Below, one piece after another: positions 26,701-36,913 of a stretch of 64,000 bases of DNA (positions are counted from its first letter, which is position 1; the number at the start of each line of letters is the position of its first letter). The notes below the pieces were generated by a model. That model searched no databases and was not told the DNA's origin. It saw only the letters and a list, made by a program, of their open reading frames with translations. Source of the DNA: Azolla caroliniana (lineage: Eukaryota; Plantae; Polypodiophyta); contig JBHGNT010000004.1 in NCBI GenBank assembly GCA_043228905.1, positions 6,386,001 through 6,450,000 of the forward strand. Reading direction: 5' to 3'. The position numbers and the translations under genes were made by a program.

Positions 26701-27233
26701 AAGGTGTGTCCTATGCAAGCCGGATCTCGTAAACTGGGGTCCGACGCAACCCCTCTGATTCGGGACTCGCTGCCCTCCGGTAAGGGTGCCGCGACTGGCC
26801 TTACCTTCCGGTCCACAGCCTTGTACTTCGTGCTAACTCGGGCCATCCGATCCGAACCAAGTCCCTGGCTGAAGTTCGCGATGACTTCGTACATCTCTTC
26901 GGAACATACCAGTATCGTCCGGTCTTCGTTAAGGTCTTCTCCGGCTACCTTCCTCAGCATCCCCAAGGTGTCGTCGAAGGAGACCGCCTCCACGGCTCCG
27001 CTGATTTCCTCGTCCGGGCCGAGAACTCCGCACACTCGAAGTCGCTCTTCCGCCCTTGCCTTCTCTCGGCCAACGATGCCGACTATCATACACCCTCCGT
27101 CGTTGGAGAAGCAAAATTTTCTACCTATCGTACAAGGATTCTTCAGTTTCGGTTCTATCGTACAGCTGTGGGGTCTTTCCCGAGTGTCCGGACTGTCTCG
27201 GCCCCACGCCTTGGCAGCCCTCTCTAAAAATCC
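23741..27233 (-). pseudogene. Gypsy-A ORF2 (pol: RT, RNase H, integrase) in the -1 frame; small indels near 25650 and 25487
   Basis: DLYSGYDQ, LPQGGTNS, PFLDD, TVDTSPTGIG, ETDC, ADMLSR, H...WAGH...C..C, ADRGEL, WFGPY. Confidence 0.9.
27168..27233 (-). promoter_or_regulatory. Predicted -1 ribosomal frameshift signal (G_GAU_UUU plus pseudoknot)
   Basis: Heptamer at plus 27227-27233, directly before the ORF1 stop. The -1 frame is open into pol. Stem arms 27213-27220/27190-27197 and 27202-27207/27168-27173. Confidence 0.8.
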
Positions 27234-29350
27234 TCCCAGTTCTCACCACCGAGGGATTCACGGTTTCGCTCGTGATTCGGCCGCACCGTCAGAAATTAGA
27301 CCGAATGGCGCCCGTCCTGGCTTTTGACCCTCGCATAGGCCGAACCGTTGTCCAGCACCTTGGTCTCCATTCGCGCCGCCGTGATGTATGGTTCCCCTAA
27401 TATGACCGGGTGCGAGGACGTCTCCTGTACAAAGAAGTGCTGGTCAATCTCGACGTCGCCGATCTTGACTCGCACATTCGGGCAGGCCCCGTGCAGTTCC
27501 TCGGTGGCGCGCGTCGCCGCCCGTATCTTCCACCCGTGCCTGGTGTTGATCGGCCACTTTCCCTTCTTATAGAAATCCATGGACATTAGGTTTATTTCCG
27601 AACCGTGGTCCACCAACGCCACCACCGGTTCCTGAACATCTCCGATCTTTACCGGGGTCTCCGTGGTCGCTCGGGCCCAGTGTGGCCTCGAATAGTGGCT
27701 CTCCGCCCACTCATCTGCCAGCGCCGAGTCATCGATGTGCGTCGTCCGCACCTCCACCGGTCTCTCCGGTTCTGTCTCCATCGACAGCCTCTTCCGTTTC
27801 ACCAAGTCCACAATGGAGTTGTGGAACTCCTTCTTGGCGATCCCTAGCACCTCTCGCAATGACAGCTCCACTTTGCTGTGGAGGATCCGTTCTTCTAGGA
27901 CCTTTCGTAGGTTCGTAGTCCTTTCTATTTCCGTCCCCAATCGGTATCCGCCCTTCCTGGGGTTATCTTGTGAGCTGGACCCACCGGCATCGTTCCGTCG
28001 ATGCCCGAATCGGGTCTCGTACCGTTGTGAGGGCCCGGCCATTCCGGCTTTCCCCACTCGTTTGTCTTCTACCAGAACCTCGTAGTTCCGGCAGGCGGCT
28101 TCTACGAAGCCCGTCTTCTCCTCGACCGGATCGCTCCACCCGGTTATTTCCCGGACCCGTCTCTCAGCGCAGTCCATTTCCTCTTTCCTTAGCCGTGCGC
28201 CAGCAAGACCTTCCAGCATTGCCGACCAGAATCCGTCTTTGCCCTCCTTTCGGGCCTCGCTGCCCCCGACCCGAATGTCGGCCGACGCCGAGTAGTGGAT
28301 GGCCTCCATGTGTCGGGCCGTTGCCTCTTCCATCAGTCTCTTCATTCCTCCTCGCCCGTCGTTTCGGTTCAGGGCCCTTCTAGTGTCGCCGGCGTGCACC
28401 CGGCCTTCCCACAGGTATACCACCCGGTTCCTCAACGCTTCTGCGAAATCGCCGCAGTCCTTCCGGATGTGGCCGACCTCGTCGCACCACATGCACTTGT
28501 TCCCTGCTACCGGCCGTCGGTCACGAGCCGGTTCGTCGCCTTCCCTTCGAGTCTGGGCAATCTGGAGATCCTTTATCGCCCGCGTCAACTCCTCCAGCGC
28601 TGCTCCTCCGGACGAGCCACTGACCATGCCGGTCGAAGCCGGACCGGTTTCTAGCCATTCCCGGGTTTCTTCCCTTCGCCCTTGCGGTGCCGGTTCAAGC
28701 CTCCTTGCTGTGACAGAGCCCGCACCAGCCGCCCCATTGTCAGCCCATTCTCGCCGTTTGTCGAAACGGCCACAGACTCTCTTAACCGCAGCCCAGTCGG
28801 TCGTCAGCCCGTCTTCGGTTTCCAGCAAGGAGCCGACTTGATCCCGGTCCTGCTCATCCACCAACTTGACGAACAGTAGGACCCGGCTCGTATCCAGAAC
28901 GGTTCGGTCAAGCGCCGAAAGGCGCACAAAGCGTTCTTCGAATTCCCGGAGGAGTGCCGACGCGTTTCTTCCCTTGCCGGGGGACTCCACCCATTCCATG
29001 AAGTCTCGTTTCGAAAGCCGGAGCGCGTCGTCCAGCCCGTATTTTTCCAGGAGTCGGCCTTCGAACTCCTCCCAGGTACGGCTCTCCGCCCGCACCTCGA
29101 GCACCTCCGCATGGATGCTCAGCATCGCCACTCGAGGAAACCCGGGAAGACGCCTCTCTTCCGGAATGTCCCGCATCAGCATTTCTGCCTCGTAGGACGC
29201 CAAATACTTCGTGGCATCCTTTCCGCTGAACCGGCCGATCGTACCGACGACCGCCTCAATGGCTCTGTTGAGGGCTTCGGAGCCCTCGCGTGCGCTCAAT
29301 ATCCGATCCACGGCCGAAGCCATGGCCTCCGCAAGATCCAACCCTTTCAT
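27224..29350 (-). pseudogene. Gypsy-A ORF1: Gag (CMWCDEVGHIRKDC knuckle) plus aspartic protease (LVDHGSEINL); one premature stop at ~27296
   Basis: ORF 27296-29863 from the first ATG after the PBS. The frame continues past the stop as FLTVRPNHERNRESLGGENWEDF*, collinear with Gypsy-B ORF1. Confidence 0.88.
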
Positions 29351-29372
29351 CTTCTGCTCTTCTGCCGCCTCC

Positions 29373-29390
29373 TTCACGTCGGGTTCACCA
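29373..29390 (-). promoter_or_regulatory. Primer-binding site complementary to tRNA-Trp
   Basis: TGGTGAACCCGACGTGAA, 3 nt after the 5' LTR. It is the reverse complement of the plant cytosolic tRNA-Trp 3' end ...TTCACGTCGGGTTCACCA (recalled sequence). Confidence 0.85.
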
Positions 29391-31716
29391 AGATGTCGAG
29401 GTATTCCTCGACGATGCATGGAATGAGGCGGGACCTCGGGGGTCTTGTACCGAAGAGCAAGAGAGAAAGGAGAAGGGAACCCACTACGTGCGAGCGTAGA
29501 TTCGCAGGGACACGGCCCTTCGACACAAAGACGCGAGTGGGACAGCGACACAGATAGACACGAATGTATGTATGTATTAACAAAGACAAACAACAAGAAC
29601 ACGAAGTCGGTTACAACCGAACAGGCCAGCGAACAGATGCCGATGCATGTTCGTAAACGCACAGAAAGAAAGGAGTAGGTTGGAGGTGCTGCCGGAAGCA
29701 CTCGGGCATTCCTTAGAGCAACGCGAGCCTCCCGAAACCTGCGCAGAAAGAAGCTATGGAGTTTGGAAGAGAGAGAAGCCTTCGGCCCACAATCCGACAG
29801 CACTTCGTCCTCTCTTACTTCGCGATCCCTTCCTCCTCCTCGTCTCCCTCCTTTTATAGGCAAGAAAGGAGCCGTTTCCCCTTTACTTCCTACCCACTAA
29901 ATCTACCTACCTAGGATCTTCTATGTACCTAATTCTCCCTTATGTACAATATAAGGCATATGGGCATGAAGAGCCGGTTCCTACGCCCCGGTGCACAAAT
30001 TCCGCTCGTGGACGGTTTTCTTCACGACAACGTGAACCGTCGCCTCAGTTCCTTGCGCGGGGAGTGCACGGCAGAGTCTCCACTACTCGCCAGTTCCTCA
30101 TTGGACTGATCAGATTGACTCTGTCTCTCGTTCGGCCCACTCAACCGGAACGATTCCGGACTCTCATCCTGAGTCCACGCTTCATCATCCTTTACTTGGG
30201 CCGGTTCAGGATCACTAGCCTCATCCACCGGCATCGGGTTATATTCGGATGTCAGAGTCGGTAAGGAGTACCACGATGCCGATTCATCAAACTCGACATC
30301 TCGACTAACTTGGACCTACTTTGTCCGGGGGTTATAACACTTATAACCCTTTTGCTCTTGAGTATAGCCGACTAGGATGCATTTTTCCGATTTTGCATCC
30401 AGCTTCCTCCGCTTCTCATCCGGTACATGCACAAATGCAATGCTACCGAAGATCTTAAGGTGTCTCAAATTCGGCTTCCGCCCAAAATACAACTCGTGAG
30501 TTGACACCTTGTCACCGATCCAGTTCTGGATGTAGACAGCCATTCGGATTGCCTCCGCCCAGTAGAATTTGGGCATGCTCTTCTCCTCCAGCATCGCCCT
30601 TGCCGCATCGATAAGCGACTGGTTCTTCCTCTCGGCAACAACGTTCTGTTGTGGTGTGTATCTGCAACTAAACTCTCACTGAATACCCGTTTGTTGAAGA
30701 TATTTGTTGAATTGGCCGGAAAAATACTCTTTTCCGCCATCCGACCGTAGGCATTTGATCTTCCTTTCCGATTCCCGTTCCACCATCCTTTGGAGACTCC
30801 GGAAACACTCGAAGACTTCACTCTTCCGCTCAATGAGGTAGATCCATGTGTGCCGCTTATAGTCATTGATGAAGGAGACGAAATATCGACTCCCGCCAAG
30901 ACTAACATTCTGTGTCGGTCCCCACACATCCGAATGGATAAGGTTGAGCTTGTTATGGCTCCAGTTACATTCGGTGGGGAATGGAAGCCGGTGTTGCTTC
31001 CCGAGTTGGCATGCTTCACATACTTGGGCCTTCCGGCTGCTAAACTACGGCAAACCGAAAACAAATTGTTTCGTTTGCAGGTCTTGAAGCCTCTAGTAAT
31101 TGACGTGGCCTATCCGCTTGTGCCACAGGTCGATGTCCGATTTGACCTTCTGTCCTTTTGCAAACAAAGCAGTGCCGACGTGATTGGTGTCGAGGATAAA
31201 CATCCTCCCGTCTCTATGCCCTTGTGCAATAATCTAGCCCTCTTCCTCGATGAAGCACCCAAGGTGCGTAAACCGCACCTGCATCCCTTGGTCGACGATC
31301 TGTCCGACCGCAACCAGGTTCTTTGTGATCGTCAGAACGTGTAATACGTTCATCAGCTTTCCCTTCTGTCCGACGTGGCTCAAAGGGACTTCTCTGACAT
31401 GCACGATTGGGTGAGGAGTTTCGTCTCCGGTTTCGACTACTCCTGGTTGATCCGGTTTTTCCAAAAAGGAGAACTACTCTTTGTGGCTCGTCATGTGGTT
31501 CGACGCACCGGAGTCAACATACCAGACTTCCTCCGATTTGGAAGTGGTCTTCTTCATCGAGTTCGCCTCGTGCTTCATCACCAAGGCTGGCCCGTTACCA
31601 TTCTTGGATCCTCCCGATCCCTTCGCGTAGTGCGAGCTTTGCCGGCCATCCTTGTCGGCCTTGCCGGATCCGGATTTGTCTAAATCGGCGCGTTTTACTG
31701 TTGCCACCTTCATCAT

Positions 31717-32984
31717 TCTTTCTCATTCTTTCTAGGAGCTTGCATCTCCTCGTTCATCGTTTCGACCCATCGCGGATCTTTAGCAGCTTCGGCAAAGCTC
31801 TCTGGTTCTCGAATTGCTGCCACCTTCATCATAAAGGCATAGTGGTATGCCATATAGTCGTTGTAGCCAAATCGGCTAACCGGATTCTTCTCTCGGGTGG
31901 AGTGACAGAGTTTCTCATTTTCCGATGTGAGTGCTTTCTCAACTCCGAGTGACCTCATAAGAGGCACATCAAAGCCATCGAACTCACTATCAAGTGAATG
32001 AGTCGATTCGTTGCCATCGAAGTGATCGTCTTCATATTCCGGCATTTTGGCCTTCCCTTTGTCCATCTCTAGACTCGGTCGAGATGAGCTTTGGTTGCTC
32101 GGAGGCTCTTGTGGTCCGCTCAATCTGATTGAGATCGGACTCTCTTCGAGTATTGACCTTAGTTGATCATCATCTTCTGTGTTGTCGAGGTTGTTCATAG
32201 ATGGTTCGGGAGGAGTCGGCTTGGGTTTGTACCATGATGTCGATTCGTCAAGAACGACATCCCGACTTACACGAGTCTTCCGAGTAGAGTGGTTGAAGCA
32301 CTTGTACCCCTTTTGCTCCAGTGAGTACCCCACGAGGATGCACTTCTCTTATTTTGGGTCAAGCTTTTGTCGCTTCTCATTAGGAATGTGCACGTATGCA
32401 ATGGATCTGAATATCCTTACATGGGATAGATCCGGCTTCTTCCCATAGTATTTCTCGTGCGGGGTGACCTCATGCACTCAGGATGTTGTGCACCGGTTCA
32501 TGAGGTAGATGGCGGTATTTGCAGCTTCTGCCCAATGACTTGGGCATATGCTTCTCATTTAGCATGGCCCTTGCTACTTCGAGGATGTGCCAATTCTTGC
32601 ATTCAACTACACCATTATGTTGCGGTGTGTGTCGGCAAGTGAATTCTCGCCAAATTCCTTCTTGTCGAAGCTATGGCGTGAACGCATCCGAGAAGTATTC
32701 TTTTCCTCCGTCTGACCGAAGACATCGTACATGACGCCCAGTTGTCTTTTCGACTTCGCTTTTGAATTTTTGGAAGTGTGTAAACACTTCGTTCTTCATC
32801 CTCATGGGAAAGATCCATGTGTATCTAGAGAAGTCATCGATGAAGGTAACATAGTACCGACATCCTCCGAACGTAGTCGTCTACGCCGGTCCCCACACAT
32901 CCGAATGGACTACATCCAATAGGCCTTTGCTTACGTTCCTCTCGTTCGAGAATGGGTGTCGATGTTGCTTGCCGAATTGGCATG
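31717..32984 (-). mobile_element. Copia family A fragment (integrase to start of RT)
   Basis: CQFGKQH...VHSDVWGP...; ORF 31713-32333 is collinear with 960-1560 (RLSGPQEP, GYNDYMAYHYAFMMKVA). Confidence 0.88.
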
Positions 32985-33306
32985 TGTTGAGAGATCAAGC
33001 TCAACTTAGTTTAGTTAGTTAGTCAACACATGTAACTTAGTAGTTACCTAGATAGAATCTAGTTAGTGTGTTGACCATAAAGCCTTAAATAGGATTTTGT
33101 ACTCGAGTGGGATACATTGTAGATCCACCACTCCATGCTCATTTAATATAGGACTTACAAGTTGTACCTATATTCTCCTAGCACATGTGCACCCTTGCAT
33201 ATGAAACCTATATATACCTCATTGAAGGTATTTTTGTATTTGATGATAGATGATGATGTTGAAGCTAATTTAATATACTTACTCATCCCCCATCTTGTGT
33301 TGTTCA

Positions 33307-33354
<48 letters not shown>

Positions 33355-34074
33355 TCTCGCACACATACACGCACATATCACTTAATCTTCCGCTACGTAA
33401 TCGCTTAACTTAATCACATAATTAGGTAATAATTATTCCTTAACATGGTACCAGAGCGTGTGGTTTAGAAAATCCACTAAGCCCACCCGACTCCGTGATT
33501 GTGTGTTCGAGATGCCAACGACAAAATCCAGCTATCGGCTACCGTAGTGCCGCTACGTAGCACGTTGTCGTGAAGATTTTCGGCAATAGTGTGAAAATCC
33601 TATAAAACGTACGAAATCGAGTATGAATCATGTAGTACAATAATTGTGAAGATAACATTTTAAATAGATTTAATATCTAAGTACAAAATGATGGAGGTTT
33701 CGAATGCACTTTATTACACGAGAAACGGACAACTAAATGTCAAGATATGAGGGTATAAAGTTTGTAAAAGGAAAGGAGAAAATTGTGAGATATCCCACAT
33801 AGGCACGACAAATACAGCTCTCATCATATATAAGGTGGAGCAAAAGATATTATCTTTGTGTCTATGTGTGGAGCATAGAGAGTTCAAGGTAACTTGAACT
33901 AAGAGTGGAGGTGGGCTAGCTACTCGTAAAGGGTTTTGGCCAACCAAAACCGGACCGGCGATGGAGCCGGTGATCCGGCGGCATCCGACGGCAATCCGGC
34001 ACCGGTAACCGACGACATCCGACGACTAGATAAATAAATATATAAATATATATACATATTTACATATACAAGGA

Positions 34075-34146
34075 AGGCAAGTAAGGATTCAAACCTTGCA
34101 CCTCCAAGTTAGGAGTCAATTGGCTTACCATTAAGCCATGCTATTT
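34075..34146 (-). other. tRNA-like (SINE-head-like) cassette with Pol III A and B boxes inside the Gypsy-B 5' LTR; second copy at ~41079-41150
   Basis: Minus strand TGGCTTAATGG (A box, plus 34128-34138) and GGTTTGAATCC (B box, plus 34085-34095) at tRNA spacing. D-arm GGCTT/AAGCC, T-arm AAGG/CCTT. Confidence 0.6.
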
Positions 34147-34602
34147 AGTTGAAATTATATTTCTATCATTGTACTTTTACATGTAAATTCTCATACATGA
34201 GAACTAAAATGAGTGACATGGTTATCATGCACCACATGTAATACATAAGCGCCAAATGGCAAACATGCAATTTATGCATGTCTTGTACCCTCACATGCAT
34301 CATATGCATGAGAGCATCTATAAAAGAGGGAAGGGGGAGGAGAAAAAACACGGTTTTTTTTTATGAAAATTAAGAGGAAGAAATTCGTTATCAAATTGAT
34401 CGTGTAACTTGTTTCTTAAATCTAAAGTTAAAAGTTCAATCAATCTCTCTCAATCGTGTAATCTCAACTTCTCTCTTTCCCAATCTATCTTAAGTACTTT
34501 CTCGCCAAAGCTTGTATCGACTATAAATCCTTCTGGTCCAGAACCCCGGCGGTTCCGCCTCACGATCCGCGCGTAGTGACGGATCTTCACGACATAATTA
34601 AG

Positions 34603-34620
34603 TGGTGAACTCGATGTGAA
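34603..34620 (+). promoter_or_regulatory. Primer-binding site, tRNA-Trp type
   Basis: TGGTGAACTCGATGTGAA, two C>T changes relative to the Gypsy-A PBS, 8 nt after the LTR. Confidence 0.8.
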
Positions 34621-34661
34621 AGAGGCGGTAGGAAGGATCAAGTCGAAATTAATACTTGGAG

Positions 34662-36860
34662 ATGGCGTCCTCAAGCAACCAAGCAGGAGAGCTCGAAAGG
34701 ATGATGCTAATCGTCGAGCAAATGATGAGATCTCGGGACAACGACGCGAGCGTGGAGAAGGCTATCGATCGTGTCGTAGAGCTCGAGGGCCAATTCGATG
34801 GAAGGAACGTTACGAAGTTCCTTGATGCATATAGAAGGGAGATGAATCAGAGGGACGTGTCCGAGGCACGTCAAATCGCAAGCTTCAAGAGAGTTGTCGC
34901 CAACAACATCCAAAGACGCGTCATCGAGCTTCAAGAAGGTAAGACAACATGATCCGAGTTCGAGAAAACGATACTAGCGGAGTTCGTGACTGAAGACTCA
35001 ACGAGGATGACTCGACATGCCCTGATGAAGTGGATAAAGAAGAAGAATAAGAAGATGAGCATCTCGAGGGTGTACGACGAATTCGACCAGATGTTTAGTC
35101 GTCTCCCCAATACGGACCAAGTGTTGCTTGAAGAGGACAAGACTTTGTACTTCTTGAAGGCCGTGGACATAAAGGATGGACGGGAGTTGGGGACTCTTCT
35201 CGAAGATGATACCCAAGCAAATGGGCTCGTAGCGGACTGGATCGCGGTGAAGCGGGCATGCAATAGGCTCGACAAGCGTCGCCAATGGGTTGATGACACC
35301 GACATGACGGGACTGACTACCACGGAGAAAGCAAGACCGCCGAAAGTAGCTGAGCCGCTGAGACAAAGTAACGTGGAAGAAAAGAAGATTGATGATGACA
35401 TCATTGAAGAGCTAGTGAAGAAGTTCGAGAAGGTCACGCTAGCCAACATGAATCGTCGGGGCCCTAAAGGAAAAGAACCCTTTAGATGCGTGTGGTGCGA
35501 TAGCATGGACCACATGAGAAGGGATTGTGCGAGCCTTTGAGAGGCGATTCGACAAAATATCGTATACATAGAGGACAACATGATCTGCTCAAGCGAGACT
35601 AGAAGACCCCTACGGGTGAATTTCGAAAGTGGAGGAATGAAGAAATCTATGGAGGATGCCGATGCGACTCATGTGGATGCGATGCACTATGCTGCGTTGG
35701 CCGGAATAAGAGTCAGGAAAGACAAGACTGAAGCTGCTAGAGCGGGAGCAAAGTTTTAGACTTCCGTTCTCGAATATGAGAAGAAGGGAAAAATCACATC
35801 GAACGAGGTAGAGCTTGCGGACCGAAGTGTGCAAAGCATAACCAGGTGGTCGGATCCGGTGGACGACAACACCATACTCGCAGAGGTGATGTGCGACAAC
35901 CACGAGGTGTTCGTCGAAGAAAAGAGAAAGAGAATAGAAGAGCAAGGCCCATCTAAAAGACATGAAACAAGGAACGCGAAAAAGAAGGATGATACGAAGA
36001 CGAGTCGACCTTTACAAATGGAGGAACGAGAATCAAGTCGAAAAGGGGAGCCAAGCATACGAGTTGAAGAAACGGTTCGGCCCGTGAAGGTTGGTGTCGA
36101 AGACCCCACTCGGAGGACAAGGACTATACCTACCTATAAGCTAAGGTCGGACATAGAGCAGACGACGGACCTAAAGAAGATTCTCGAAGAACGAGTTCTT
36201 GATAGCCACGTAACTTTGTCCTTGAGGGAATTGCTTGGCATTACGAAGAAGGAGTTCCACGACACGATCGTGGACCTTGTAAAGAGAAAGAGACAACAAT
36301 CGGACGAGGAAGAAGAGAAGCCGCAAAAAGCAAAAACGAATGCCATAACGATGGCAAGAGACGAAATCGATGAAGATATGGTGGACAGCCACTACACTCG
36401 ACCTCATTGGGCACGAGCGACAACGGAGACGCCGGTGAAGATCGGGGAGAAGAAAGAGACCGTCGTAGCCTTGATCGACCATGGCTCGGAGATCAACCTC
36501 ATGTCAACCGACTTCTACAAAAAGGGAAGATGGCCAATCAATACAAACCACGGATGGAAGATTCGCGTGGCAACAAAGTCTACGGAGGACTTGTACGGAG
36601 CTTGTCCCAATGTCAAAGTCACGATCGGGGATGTGGAGATGGATCAACACTTCTTCGTACAAGAATCGGCGTCGCATCCTGTCATCCTAGGGCAACCTTA
36701 TATCACATCATCTCGGATGGAGACCAGAGTGTTCGATAATGGAGCAGCCTTCGCACGAATAAAGAGTCTTGACAACCAAAGATCGGTCCAATTCCTAACG
36801 GTGCGAGCCAATCATGAAAGGAATCGAGATAGTCTCGGAGGCGAATCCTCGGATTTTTAG
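34662..36860 (+). pseudogene. Gypsy-B ORF1: Gag plus protease, with three in-frame stops
   Basis: Same-frame ORFs 34656-34952, 34986-35540 (CVWCDSMDHMRRDC) and 35829-36860 (LIDHGSEINL). Confidence 0.88.
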
Positions 36861-36913
36861 AGCGGACTATTGAAGCATGGGGCACAAATAGTCCGAGCAA
36901 TCACAAGACCCCA
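36851..36913 (+). promoter_or_regulatory. Predicted -1 ribosomal frameshift signal (G_GAU_UUU plus pseudoknot)
   Basis: GGATTTT 36851-36857, TAG 36858-36860. Stem 1 ggactatt 36864-36871 / aatagtcc 36887-36894. Stem 2 tgggg 36878-36882 / cccca 36909-36913. Confidence 0.82.

Larger units (their letters stand above)
23032..30029 (-). mobile_element. Full-length non-chromodomain Ty3/Gypsy element (Gypsy-A)
   Basis: 636-bp LTRs 23032-23667 and 29394-30029. PPT aggtgggggcgga. Domain order gag-PR-RT-RH-IN. TSD gcgt/acgt. Confidence 0.95.
20285..31696 (-). mobile_element. Ty1/Copia family B copy 1 (3' LTR 20285-20685; no 5' LTR or gag start), interrupted by the Gypsy at 23032-30029
   Basis: LTR followed by PPT (plus ctccccctcaag). 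RNase H 21286-21591, RT 21904-23004 (LYVDDL), integrase 30316-30927, protease WYVDSGASNHMT near 31500. Confidence 0.92.

Noticed and set aside
23561-29557. Many overlapping antisense ORFs over Gypsy-A
   Set aside because: These are shadow ORFs of GC-rich coding sequence. They have no motifs and are not shared with Gypsy-B.
29351-29863. 171-aa N-terminal extension of the 855-aa ORF
   Set aside because: It runs through the LTR and PBS of a GC-rich element, and Gypsy-B has no equivalent. The real start is probably the ATG at 29350 or 29323.
34075-34146. Functional tRNA-Arg(CCT) gene
   Set aside because: The acceptor and anticodon stems do not pair. It is kept only as a tRNA-like cassette.
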